A stretch of DNA of 48,459 nucleotides, the filler included, from Catajapyx aquilonaris (lineage: Eukaryota), in the NCBI GenBank assembly GCA_000934665.2. It is 2 parts of 2 records of this genome, joined end to end, with 100 filler letters (N's around TTAATTAATTAA, not from the genome) between each part and the next. Parts side by side here need not be neighbours in the genome. Positions count along the whole stretch, not along the records: positions 1 to 24,174 come from JYFJ02005554.1; 1 more part is not named here. The stretch is one strand, 5' to 3'. The notes beneath the pieces were generated by a model. The model was not told where the DNA came from. It ran no database searches and worked only from the letters and a program-made list of their open reading frames with translations. Shown piece after piece: positions 12,060 through 24,274 of this stretch. The position numbers were made by a program, and so were the translations under genes. Each line of letters opens with the position of its first letter. Position 1 is the first letter of the stretch.

Positions 12060-14173
12060 GTCCACGTGAGGTTCTCCGCTACTACCTACTGTCCCTGGCA
12101 GCAGCGGACCTACTGGCGGGGGTACTGCTCATCCCGCTGTCCGTCTATCCTGCCCTCCGGCAACAATGGGTCTACGGCGACGCGGTGTGCCGAGCAGCAG
12201 GATACGGAATGGCATCACTTTGGGTCATTTCTGTCTATACCTTCATGTGGATCGGGGTGGACAGGTACAGTATAGAGCAATGCGGTTTTATAACAGTCAC
12301 TTTTACCAATAATGCCATATTGCTTTGGAAGTATGTTTGTGACTCACAGGAAAACAATGCAAAATGCACCTTATATCCTGCATAGTGCACTGTAACCATC
12401 AACATGGCACCTAAGGTGTTTATGCTCATGTTTCCGTCAGCAGTTCGAAAAAGCTGTCTTCTGTGCTTGAACAGGTACGTGGCTGTCACGAAACCAATGC
12501 GGTACGAGACAGAACAGACTCCTACCAGGTGTCAATGCTGGGTGGCCTTCACCTGGGTGACGGCCATGCTGTTATGTCTGCCACCAATTCTCGGCCTGTC
12601 CAGGCCTCGCTTTGAGAGAGACGTCCTTGTCTGCTTTCCCGACTGGGGAGGAATGGCCGCCTACTCTGCTACTCTTGCCGCTCTTGTACTCGGACCCAGG
12701 TACACCTACACACTTGTCAGTTTATATCATGTCAAAGTTGATAAACAGAACATGATTTCCCTTTGTAAACATGCACTCTTGCCGATCGTATGGCAAGCCA
12801 ACTGCTTCCCCCTTCTACCGTATTAATGAAGAAATGATAAGAGAAGTAATTATCGTTTACTTTCAGCTTAATAACGTCTTCGTACACTCTGGGTTACATA
12901 TTTGTAACCTTGAAAAAAATGCGCAGTGGCGAGGCTAATGTGGACCGGGAATTTGCAGCGGCTTTGAGCGAGCAGTTGGCCGGTAAAGGTCACATATTGG
13001 CCACTGCTCTCACCGTGGTCTTCTGGGCGTCTTGGACGCCATACGCTGCTGTCCGAGCCTACGAACAGGTTATTATCATTTTCCACATTATTTCTTCGAT
13101 TCCAGATGTAATTTACTTGTATTTTCTGAATTCATTTCATGGCTGTTGTATGAAAGTTCTCTATCTGGTTATGCCTTAGCTATTTCAGAATATCTCAAGT
13201 AGTGATATGGAAGTACTATTATGATAGTAGGTCAGGTATTACTACATTGATTATCATGAATATTATAAACTTCTGAATATGAAATCAACAAAAGTACTGG
13301 CTTTGTTGATATCGATTCTCCTTGGAACACAATGTAGGATAATCCGGTTAGGAGATAATAGATATCCCTTTTCTTTAGTAGTAACTTAGTAACAAGTAGT
13401 AACTTCTGATGATGGCTCATATTATTTTCATGCAGGATCACCAGAATACTTCACATTTTAGTAATTTCTTATATTTCCTGTGGTCCCATAATCGATCCAA
13501 TATTAACAAATGAAAATTGTTATAAAATTAGGTTTAGCCATTACTTCAAGCTCAGTAATTGTTTATTCTTATACGTATTCCTTATTCATCTTATGCATCT
13601 TGTATTGTAGTGGCGCGTAGTCTTGTAGTGGCGCGGTGGTGTATGGGTTAGCGCCACAGCCGCGGTGGTGTATGGGTTAGCGCCACAGCCTTCCACCTCT
13701 AAGGCCCAGAGCCCGATCCCCGGATCAGACAGAAGTTTGGTAATTAAAGGAGGATCCCCTAACAGACCAAATGCCTATCACAAGAGCATTATCTTGGAAC
13801 TCAAACCAAACTGCATGCAAAAACAGTGTAACCTTTGGCAATCTTCCCTAATCTCCATTTCCAAACTCCTGAACCAGTGTCACGAACCAACAAAACCGTA
13901 CCTGTAGCATGTGAAGTGAAGTCAAGATGGAAATCATAATCTTGAGCGTATAGTGTTTGACACCATGTTTGTATCCCTCAGGTGTTCGGTTGGCGCCTTC
14001 AGATTCCGTTTCTTCACTTCGGTCTGTTTTGGCTGGGAGTCCTGAACTGCTTCTGGAAGGCCCTTCTGTATGCCGCTCTGAGTCCTTCCTTCCGGCTGGG
14101 TCTCCGTCTCTTCTGCATGTCTCTTTGCTGTCGCGCCAAAGACCGACAGGCACAGCTCATTTTGGAGGAATAA
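12060..14173 (+). CDS. DopEcR: Dopamine/ecdysteroid receptor (DopEcR; GPR52/GPR21-like) class A GPCR, 5'-partial. Exons 12060-12264, 12475-12699, 12867-13068, 13982-14173
   Basis: Four exons with GT-AG sites and compatible phases splice to ~274 aa: GPREVLRYYLLSLAAADLLAG...[33 protein letters not shown]...DWGGMAAYSATLAALVLGPSLI...KMRSGEANVDREFAAALSEQL...WLGVLNCFWKALL...LSPSFRLGLRLFCMSLCCRAKDRQAQLILEE*. These blocks match the insect DopEcR sequence as recalled. No TM1 exon was found in the window. Confidence 0.92.
13630..13740 (+). mobile_element. tRNA-derived SINE head in the last DopEcR intron, with a duplicated A-box
   Basis: 29-bp unit cgcggtggtgtatgggttagcgccacagc repeated in tandem (13632-13660, 13661-13689), followed by a degenerate B-box (gagcccgatccc). 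Confidence 0.6.
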
Positions 14174-17100
14174 GCTGCCGCTACCAGCAAGATTAGTATC
14201 ACTTATTATTTTACAGCACAACTAACTGCAGTGAGGGTGGCAATTGGTAGCGATTTGGACTCCTCCTTTGAGTGATCAGTGTACGACTATTAGACTTTGG
14301 GTGCACGTGTTGGACTCAACTGACCTGCTTTTTTTTGTCGCCGAACCGGTACCCCGTTTGTTATGAGATTGAATACAAAAAGTGGTGACAACTCAGGGTG
14401 TAGTTGTTTGGCGCTTGATTCCGTGTCCGTGTTTGCACAGTTGGTGTTGGCCACTTACTAGTTCCTTTTTTCTTTGCCCAATAGCGATGCGTAATGCATA
14501 GCCAGTCTAGATCATTAGATCGGATAATAGGATGTTAGGGCAACGCTTTTGTCGTCCAATACATACGCTACTGAATGTCACCTGCGAATCCACAACCTGG
14601 AGTCATTCAGGGGAACTTATTTTTCAACATGGAGATAGTTAGTGTAACACTTACAAGGATTTCAGGCCCGAAAAGTAATCCTCATTCATGTATAACGTAG
14701 AATATACAATTATTTTGATAATGTAATCTTCTTGATTTTAAAAAAAAGTTTGACATCAAAGTAACTTCAAACACTTGCACACACCTCTCTGAAAGAGAGT
14801 CCAAGTACAAAATTCAAAGAATTGCGCAAATCGACTGTACTGACAACAAAGAAATAGTATCTATTTTCTTTAATCAACATATGAGGAGCAATGCAATTAT
14901 TTTGTACTCATCTTTTTTTAAGGTACTGTAGTTCAAATACGGTAGAATATTAGCCACAGGACGTAATATTATAATTTATGCGGGATTTACTGGAGACATA
15001 TCTTTATGGCTTGCTGTACCGTACTGCTACGCTCATTAAGAATTTTGAGTTGAAAAATTATTACAGGGCTAGTTTAAGTTTCTTCTAAATTGGTATGATA
15101 TTTTAAGACTAAAATAGTGTCAAACACAATGCAAAAAGAACCTGTTATTTGATTAAAAGTGAATGTTCTTCCTTGAGAAACAAAAGTTTCTTATGCGGAC
15201 ATGGTATATCGGACACCAGGTGGTATTCAGTACTGCGCGGTTTTTCTTCATCTCGAACTGTAATGGGATACCATTACTGTATTACAGTAACGGCATAAAG
15301 TTGTCAATATCAAATTAATCATGTGATGAGTGCTTCATAATCCTGTAATTAATTATTATTACTCATAAATGACGTACGGTCATACGTGATTGAATTTATT
15401 TTTAAACTTAGACAAATGAAGTCGACATAGTGTATTTTAATGCCAATGCTTTAACTTATGACATGATTTGGTTTGTACAGTAGTGTTGAAAACAAAAGCT
15501 CCAGAAACGGAACACTGGCAATAACATACTCTTACACGCCAATCAGAGCGCACGATTGCGTCGCCCAGGTGTCGTTAGATCGCATGTACGCCGTCACCAT
15601 TCATTCCGTGTGCTATACAGTATTAAAAAACACGCTAGTTTGAATCAAAGAGCACATTACCTTAAAACGCAGCTCTCGCCATTTAATTTTCACAACAATG
15701 GAAGTGATACACAAAAGCGTTGCGATTAGTTTGCCGCAGAGTCGCTTTTTCGATATTCATTTTTTTGCTGTTTTTTCATTCCATTTCGTATTTTTGCATG
15801 CAACCTCAATATTATTGTGTCCTAGAGAAAAAAGCTCGTGATCCATTGTTGATGATATATCTGATGCAGAATCGAACGCCATTTGTTTTTAAATGTGTTA
15901 GCAGTACTATGACGTAACTCTTTTTCCACTGGCTGAGAAAGCAAGTGCCCTATTCCACGAGAACTTGCAGTACGGCGGGAATGAATTAAAAAAAAAACTC
16001 AATTGTTTTCACCACTGTTCTGTGTAATGCTGTGACTGTGGTCATTGCTGGATGTGTGACAAAACGTTTCGAGTGTTTTGAAGAGTAGGCATTCTGTATT
16101 CATGTTCCTCGGCACCACATGTCATGAATTGAATTAGGCCATGGCGTAGCGTAATGTTGTTGTGTGGTTAAGCAGCCAAATGCGCTAGCGGTAGTGAAAA
16201 GCGTTCAAAACCGCTCAAAAAAGCAGGCAGAAAATTTTCAAGTTGGGTGAATTGATTGGGAGTAATTATCTAAATAGCTGTATCTGAGTTCCACAGAGCA
16301 CTTTGAAACGGACTCGTTATTGGTTCTTTCATGTAGCGCTAGACATATTGCAAGAGCAGGTTGTCGGATTGTCGTTTAGTGGTTGATGCATAGAACAGGC
16401 AATTGCGTTTTTGACTTGGTCACGATGGAAAATAATAGGACTTTCCGCTCCTCAGCTTACCTTGTACATAACGGAACAGGTTGCTCTGCCTGTCTATATA
16501 GGTGTAGAAGCGCGTTCCAGACTGAAAAGCTCATGAAACCTACTTATGTGGGAGCGGAAACTCCTACTTGGTTCGTTAATGTATGTGGTAGGTAAAGTGA
16601 GGCGGAAACTCCCTAGGATGTAAAAAGAATTCCACCTTGGCCAACACATGGAAAACGTCAACAATACCTATCGAAGCAAAGCATTTCCGGAAGACGAACA
16701 GAAAGCTACCATGGGCGCAGATGAGTCGCAACTATTCCGGTCTATAAGTCTTCACGATAGCAAATAATTATGTGTTTAGACTAAAATAGTATCCATAAAG
16801 ACGTACCTATACTGTACATGTACTCGAAGTGGGTGTGTCGATGGGGGTCAATCCCACTTGTGGCAAATCCCCACTTTTTGCTCAGGTCTTTAGAGCGAAG
16901 AGATTGTTACGTGTGTTTGTGAAACAATGTCGGTGACGTCACCAAATGGTTTATGATCGAATATGTCGCAATCATTCCTCAAATAATTCATATTATAACG
17001 TTCACGTAGCACAGAGATCAGATTATAGGATTCGGACTGAAATCTCATTTGAAATGCAAAGATAGTTGGACAGTGTGTGATGGGATACGACAACCATGTA

Positions 17101-18173
17101 GCCTGTTTCGGTCATTATGATTGCATAATAAGGTATTTGTTGCAGATGATCCGTACCTGAACAGATATACAGTATTTCAATGGATTTTTTCCAAGTCATT
17201 ATTGTAGAGTAGGAGATAATCTCAATAGACAGAGTCTAGAATTTTTCTGCTTCCATTGCCACTTAACCTTGAATCAGTGCATAGACTAACTTTTGCCAAT
17301 TCAAAATGTGTGAACGTGCAATTTATTCATTAGTCATGCGTGATAGATAAATAAAACTAGTTGGTACCAGTTGCAAAAAAAGAACACAAGCCACTTTGCT
17401 GACGTCACCTATTTCCCCCCAGACGCGATTGTATGCGATTTGTACTACCTATTCTGTACTACAGGTGCGGTAATAGTGACAGATATCGACGAATGAGATA
17501 ACAAATGTCACGAAACATCTCGACCGAGCTGAGCATGTGGCGCGATTTGTTGAAACCGCGCATCGATAGGACATCTGCTACAATTTTTTGAGTAGCTTAA
17601 AACGACTAAACAGAGCTTGATGAATCAGTGCCTCAGCTGTTACAATATACATAATATACCGTACATAACACAATAATTACGCTGAAGCATACAAGTGGAC
17701 TGTAAATAACTCCAAATGACTGCCTCTTCCCTTCGAGCGCTTTGAAAATTGAGGCGGAACTGCTGCTGGGCTTTCAATCCTGTAGAACACATGTCATTTA
17801 TACTCATGGATGTTCTTGTATTTTGCAGATCGGACTCTTTTTCCATGAACCACGTCATGGCCAATATACTCGCGCAATTTGTATACAACATGTAGTGCTT
17901 CATGTTGTGTGCTTCAATATAACACTTTTTCGTCCGCATCAATAGGTTCAGTTTTTAAGGTGGTCCAGAAGAGAATCACTTTGTACACTGTTGTATTGTG
18001 CGCCTTTACAGCCCCTTTTCTTTTTCAACATATTTTAATCTTTGTGTACAGCGGGCGTTGTTTTTTCATTATCATGTCATTGCTACTCTATACCTTGTGC
18101 GTGTTGTGTTTGGTGTTTTTTTGTTTGGCAATGTTACTATCTGCCTGTGCAGTCCACCCGAGTAAACACATAA

Positions 18174-18416
18174 GGTCGCTGTGGAGTCAAAACCACGTAA
18201 CTCGAATAATACTAATTTTTCAGGAGAGCAAAAAAACTTAAAAAAACTACACTTGCATTGAGATTTAATTGCTTCACCTGGCCATATCTTCGCTCCTATT
18301 GGGCAAAAAATTACGCCGTTTTGATGGCATATGCAGCGCAAAATCCCCGATTTTCAGGATCAAAAACCCGAAATCGGCCGAAAAGCGAGTTACGCGGTTT
18401 TGACTCTACAGCGACG
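18174..18416. mobile_element. MITE with 4-bp TSD (ATAA), Sola-like
   Basis: ~30-bp TIRs gtcgctgtggagtcaaaaccacgtaactcg / cgagttacgcggttttgactctacagcgac; ATAA at 18170-18173 and 18417-18420. Confidence 0.8.
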
Positions 18417-19058
18417 ATAAGCTACACAGCATGTTGGGGTCGGGAAGGACCCCAGTTGTACAAGTTGCAACGATTTGCCTACGATGTCAATGAATTGATT
18501 CCGGGAATAATGACATGAGTGGGGAAGGCTGTGCCACACAGTTTCACTTAAACTGTTGCTTTGGAATGAAACAGGCTGATTACCAGTATAGCATTCAAAT
18601 TCTCTTCATCAAGGCTAGGGTGATACATTGAATCCATTCAGTGTGCTGTTAAATACTCTTAACACTTAAACTATAGCTTATTATTAGCGAAAGATAGTTA
18701 CTATTTACTAGACATCATATAAATGACCTATTCTATTAATATACTGTAATAAGTATTGACAATTACAACTGCTAGCATTCACACATCTTCAAAGACTAAA
18801 ATGACAATTTTGTGGATTTAGTGTATCACCCTTACATAATCCGAGTGTTCCTACTGAAGTCACCATTGTGGACTGATGTGAATGGATGAAACCACATGGT
18901 TTACTAACTGTGAATTTATTACAAAGAAAACTGCGGCAGGACTAAAATGCTTTAGTTAAATAAAACAAGACTAACCCACAACTGCTACTTCTATGATTGG
19001 AAGCGAAAACCTCAGTGCAAGTGCTTTATTATAAAAACAGATTGGTACCAAAATTCGA

Positions 19059-19231
19059 ATAACTTATTGTATTGGTTACGTTAGTTAGAACGCCATAATA
19101 ATATTATGGCGTTCTAACTAACGTAACCAATACAATAAGTTATACAAATCAATTGTCATGAATAGCCTTTCAGAGTTCTTTTCATATTATGAAAAGAACT
19201 CTGAAAGGCTATTCATGACAATTGATTTGTA
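19059..19231. repeat. Two abutting perfect palindromes (42-bp and 44-bp arms, each with a 1-nt centre)
   Basis: 19059-19143 centred on 19101; 19143-19231 centred on 19187. Arms checked base by base. Confidence 0.95.
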
Positions 19232-21697
19232 CCATATCGGTCAAAAGGATGAAAACACTTCGTAAGATCACGATTGGGCAGAGACATCTCCGGAATTTTA
19301 GTGACTGCGCGGTAGCCTAGCAACGTGGACCGTTTTGACCTCATTGTAGATCGCAATAGCATAGTGCCGTATTCACTACAGAATGACCTCTGCAAGTCAA
19401 TAAGCATCAATTCCAAAAAGACAGAATAATTGCCTAATGATATTTTCAAAGCAACTGCTCAACTTGATCAAACAGTCTACTGTTTATTGTTTTAAAAGAC
19501 ACATGATTCAGTAAGAAACCGCATAACAGCTACAGTAATTCAATGCAAGAAATTCAAGCTTTAGTTATGTGATTTCGTCATTATTAAGTTCTCAAATACA
19601 ATTTATAGTGCTTCTTTAACACTGTGGCCTTCGACCCGAAATTGTTATATTCACTCTATAACATGCTGAACGCGAATAACCCTAACTGTGACAGGCAGAT
19701 AATAACGCATCAGGCATTTCTCCAAGATAACATATGTTCGGGAATTCGATCAAGTTTTATTTGAGCCCAAAACAGCCCATGATGTCATAAAGTGGTGTGT
19801 AACAGCATATTGACCTAATGTACTGTACCTTCTATCAACGCATGCTTCCAGTTAACAATATGATAATATGTTGTCAGTAATTAGTGCTCATTTTTTGGGA
19901 TACGTGATTGACGGCCGAAAGTTACCTATTTGTTAAGCAGTACCGCATGTTACTCCTCTCGAGTTAGCTCTCTGGATGTTTCATTCAGAAAACTTGTAGT
20001 GTAGAATGTTGACAAACAAGAGGCCGCTGTGACTTATCGCTTCGAGAACTGCGAAATAATGAGCGGCGTTGCCATTGTGGCCTACTGTAAAAAGAATTTC
20101 TAGGCCTACGTAAATCAGATTAAATCTCCATGGCGATGGGTGCATCTGGTTTGTCGGCAACCTACAATCGTTCACACAAAGAGTGAACATTATTGTTTTG
20201 ATCCACCTAGGCATCACGGGAAATCTGGCAATAATAATGAATTCAAAGTATTTTTCAGACAACAGCTGTAGCCCAGCGTATCTTAGCCATAACACTGGCC
20301 ATTTTAGGCAAGAAATGTGATGTTATTATTCTAGTGTAATAAGTCCTACCCCGCTTCTCATTTGTTTTCTTAGCAGTGCAGTGATCATGGAGTCACACAA
20401 CAATGAGTCGTAGAGATTTCGGCGTGGGCTATCAATAGAATAACCCTCCCCCCATCCTTTTCCCGATGAAACTTTAAAAAAACACCTGTGAGGTATCTAA
20501 GAGTGGGTATTTTAGTGTAACTGGTAAAAGCAGAAGTTATGTCTGCTGGTGTGTTCGTTAGAGGGTTGCGGGTTTTCGTGTCAGAATTTTAAACATAATA
20601 AGTGAAGTTTACGGCTTCACTCTGGTAGGCTTTGATTTGTAACAATGCCCAATATTTGGTTCAAACTAAGGCAAGAATCAGTGAGAGAGGTTCCGCATTG
20701 TCTCATTTTATCCGGAGTGTGTTCCGCATAAAATAACTTCAGACAATACGAAAAGTGGCAGTGTTGTTTGGGAGTTGGTCTGGTGCCCATTAGTTCCTCA
20801 AAAAAAAAACACTATATGTATGCTCTCATCTTTGGCCCCTTATTATTGCGTTATACATTCTGCTGAGTTGAACAATGGGGTTATTGTAATCGTCGAGGCC
20901 TTACCCAAATCGGAGAGTTACAAATTCAGCCAACAGAAGTTTTCTCGGAAATCTTGAAACCGTGAATGGAAGAGTCATCAAAAAAGCGGAAGCATTTGAT
21001 TGGAAAGGAGCTCAAGACTAGACTAGCCCTTTAAATGTCACCATACCGTCCATTTTATAAGGCAGTAAACTTACTTTCCTAGTGAAGTAGAACATAGACA
21101 TTCTGCTGGTACAGGGCTATTTCAGAGCAGCACGTTCCCAGGGACACGAGAAAAAGGAAGCCAACCCGAGTAGTTACGAAAACCCGCATTCTAAGAACAC
21201 GTTACCATATACAGGGTCTTCCAATTGAAATGAGCTTAATGGTTAGATATATTTTACACTAAGCTGCTTTATTTTCAAGACATTACTTTTAAAGGAATAA
21301 TAAAAAAAAATCATCTAACAATAGGTTGAACGGCTTTTCGTCATTTCTGAGAGGAGTAGAATGTATAGCGAGGAATACGAGAAACTGATACTGATTCCTC
21401 AAAAGAGAAACAACGCTATCACTAATCCACCAGTTCCAAAGAGGGAGTAGAACGTGTGTCGTATTTCAACATCAATGCCCACTCACCATGAGATTAGTTC
21501 ACAACCATGTTGTGCACATCAGTGAAGAAGCGTTAAATACGTACACTTGAAAGGCCCGCCGTTGGACATTGAGGGTCATGCTTGTCCTGGTCACAGAACA
21601 GGAGAAGACCATGTGATCCTGCAGGCTGAAAATGATGAATTTTGAATACTTCGAAGGCCAAGCGACGCGAGGGTCATTGAATTTGAGGTGGCTTCTA

Positions 21698-21859
21698 CAG
21701 TACTGGCCAATAATCGAGGCAACGACTAGCGACATTTTCCCGAAGCGGCAGAAGAAGGAATCGAAGATAAGCATGCTAGAAGCCGGGCGAGCAAGATTCC
21801 TTTTTCTGCCGCTTCGGGAAAATGTCGCTAGTCGTTGCCTCGATTATTGGCCACTACTG
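21698..21859. mobile_element. 162-bp Tc1-like MITE (TA TSD)
   Basis: ~65-bp inverted arms starting CAGTA(C/G)TGGCCAA, with TA on both flanks; same length and core as 41407-41568. Confidence 0.9.
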
Positions 21860-21866
21860 TACAAAT

Positions 21867-21942
21867 GAGGGGTTGGATCGAAAAACTTGATAACCCTCCT
21901 ACTCTACTGTGAGGGTTATCAAGTTTTTCGATCCAACCCCTC
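21867..21942. mobile_element. 76-bp mini-MITE with 4-bp TSD (AAAT), Sola-like
   Basis: Perfect 32-bp TIR gaggggttggatcgaaaaacttgataaccctc, 12-bp spacer, AAAT on both flanks. Confidence 0.8.
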
Positions 21943-22476
21943 AAATATAGGATAATAGTCTATGCTTTGCGCTTGTATGGGTTCTAAGGGAAAGCTCCCT
22001 TTGCCAGCATAGAAGCAAAAACCAGAGGGAGATGCAAACATGACGCACATTTTCCGTGTTTTTTCCTCTTTCCGGACCAGAAAGCACTGAGGCCATGAAA
22101 CTGGGGTTTAGAAGACCTATAAATGTGACTTCTATAGTAACCGCTTAAAAATAAGCAGCTTAGTGCCGAAAAATTATTAACCACTAAGGCCATTTCTATG
22201 GGAACACTCTGCATACTGAGCTGTACAAGACGAAAATCATTTGTACACGGTGTGTTAACGAGATACTCCCAAATAAATCAAGTTGTATTTGACTTGTACT
22301 TCATGGTGTTTTACTTAATATAGGTATTTACATGCTTTATTTTGGAGAGTGAGGAAGCGAGTGGTGTTTACGTGTGGGAGCACTTCAATGACAAAATCAA
22401 AAGACAGAACTCTGTCCCCATCTTTTCCTCCTTCATCAACACACCCACACACAGCTAGGCCAGACATGAGAAGTCA

Positions 22477-23227
22477 GAGATATCAAAAACGGCAGAGTCC
22501 ACTTGGAAAAAAATAGCCAGTAAAACTGGCGAAAACTATTCTTTCTCTGGGTGAGATTAAAAGTAAGAAACAGGTCCATATGTGGGGGTTGGTTCGTGTC
22601 ATGGGGATGTGTGATAATTAAATTTAATTCAAAACATTCGGGCTTTGGAGCTGGGAAGAATTAGGCCGAGTATGAGAGTCGGAGTACATAAAAGCAATAT
22701 CTGCCTAATTCTTCCGAGCCCCAAAGCACGAATGTTTTGAATTAAATTTAATTATCACACTTCCCATGACACCGAACCAACCCCCACATATGGACTTATT
22801 TCTTACTTTTAATCTCACCCAGAGGAAGAATAGTTTTCGCCAGTTTTACTGGCTATTTTTATTTAATTCCTTTCGTCATCATAATAAAGTAATATAAAGA
22901 AATTTTAGATTTCAAATCGATTAACCCGAACGCGAGTTATGAGGTCGGCAAATTAACATTGGGAGCGTATAGCAATAACATATGCTATTCCTTTTCTGCG
23001 TGCGCAGAGCCATGCCGGTTGCCCCGCGAACTGGTCGTAAAATGAGCAAAAAGTGCTGATTACTTAACTCTCACTGATACGATCTTCAAACTTTTTAAGT
23101 CCATAATTATGTTTCCGCAGTTAGCTACATACGCAAATATGCAATTAATACCCAATTGCATTAAAATACACAAATATGCTGGACATATTTGTGTTTGAGG
23201 TGGACTCAGCCGTTTTTTTTAAATCTC
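22477..23227. mobile_element. Old TIR element containing a ~350-bp internal fold-back (22509-22860)
   Basis: Outer inverted pair gagatatcaaaaacggcagagtccac (22477-22502) / gtggactcagccgttttttttaaatctc (23200-23227); inner ~155-bp near-perfect arms with a ~35-bp loop. Confidence 0.65.
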
Positions 23228-23392
23228 AGAGCCCCCATATGCCATATCGTACATAAGCTATAGCCTTCCTATAGCTACACTAACTGTGTATGCAGTAGTA
23301 CTGTATTCATGGCAATCATGTTTTGATTGAGTACAGGCACTGCATATCGAGTACCAAACACGAATATTTACGAGAATATGTCTTTGATATGC

Positions 23393-23740
23393 TTTTGTTT
23401 GTTTGTTTTACCCAGTGATGTCCCTTATGGGATCTACAGGGGGGTGGCACATCACCATCAGTTTTCTATATAATTTTCATCTTCAATCTCGAGTGCAAGG
23501 AATCACTAAGGACATTAGGAAAGGATAGGGATTTTTGGGGAGGGAACATGGGTGCAAGTGCATTGTCTTGACTCTGGGTCATGTGCTGTTCCCCAGGAGG
23601 TTAGGTTGCCAGACACCTCCTTGGTGCAGGTCAGAGACCCTCCTGACGCAGATGAAAGGAAAGTTCCCCAGGCGGGATCGAACCTGGGGCCTTTCACTCA
23701 GCAAGCCGAGACGTTACCATCTCGGCCATCTACACTTCCC
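23393..23740 (-). mobile_element. tRNA-derived SINE with (AAAC)n tail
   Basis: Minus strand has an A-box TGGCCGAGATGG and a B-box GGTTCGATCCC at tRNA-like spacing, then a ~250-bp body and an aaaacaaacaaacaaaa tail. Confidence 0.85.
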
Positions 23741-24174
23741 AACGACCAGTAATTGAACCACGCGGTTATTTTTCCATAATAGAGGAAAGTCGCCAAATGA
23801 GGACCCCCAATTGGTTTTTCCTGTATAACTTCCTCAATATTAAAGTTACCGGTACATTTAATTGCTCGATGTCAAAAGATTTTCATTGGTTACCTAAAAA
23901 CTGGCTATAACAAAATCAACGTAAAAATTCCAAGTTAATGGCATTTTTGAATTTAGTAAAAGTCTGCAAAAATTATTCTCCAGAAAAAGTGCTCCAAATT
24001 AGGACCTCGAAATGAAAATAATTAGGCTGGGGAAAATGAAAACAAACTTAAGTTATGCATTGGAGTGAGTATTATTTAAAAAAAATTATAATTGTGAACA
24101 TACGTAAATAACATCAATAGCTACAATTAAAAAGAAAATAGCAAAACATTGAAGACTCACATTGTAAATCGAAA

Positions 24175-24274
24175 NNNNNNNNNNNNNNNNNNNNNNNNNN
24201 NNNNNNNNNNNNNNNNNNTTAATTAATTAANNNNNNNNNNNNNNNNNNNNNNNNNNNNNNNNNNNNNNNNNNNN
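24175..24274. other. Assembly gap with artificial spacer (44 N + TTAATTAATTAA + 44 N)
   Basis: Symmetric 100-bp construct; the 12-mer puts stop codons in all six frames. Confidence 0.9.

Noticed and set aside
12009..14221. Alternate-frame and antisense ORFs over the GPCR exons (and similar ones over DXO)
   Set aside because: Shadows of real coding exons with no independent motifs.
23660..23740. tRNA genes at the heads at 13630, 23740, 35981 and 39704
   Set aside because: No complete cloverleaf; three of the four continue into SINE bodies with tails, and two have TSDs.
24219..24230. TTAATTAATTAA palindrome between N runs
   Set aside because: Symmetric artificial contig spacer, not biological.
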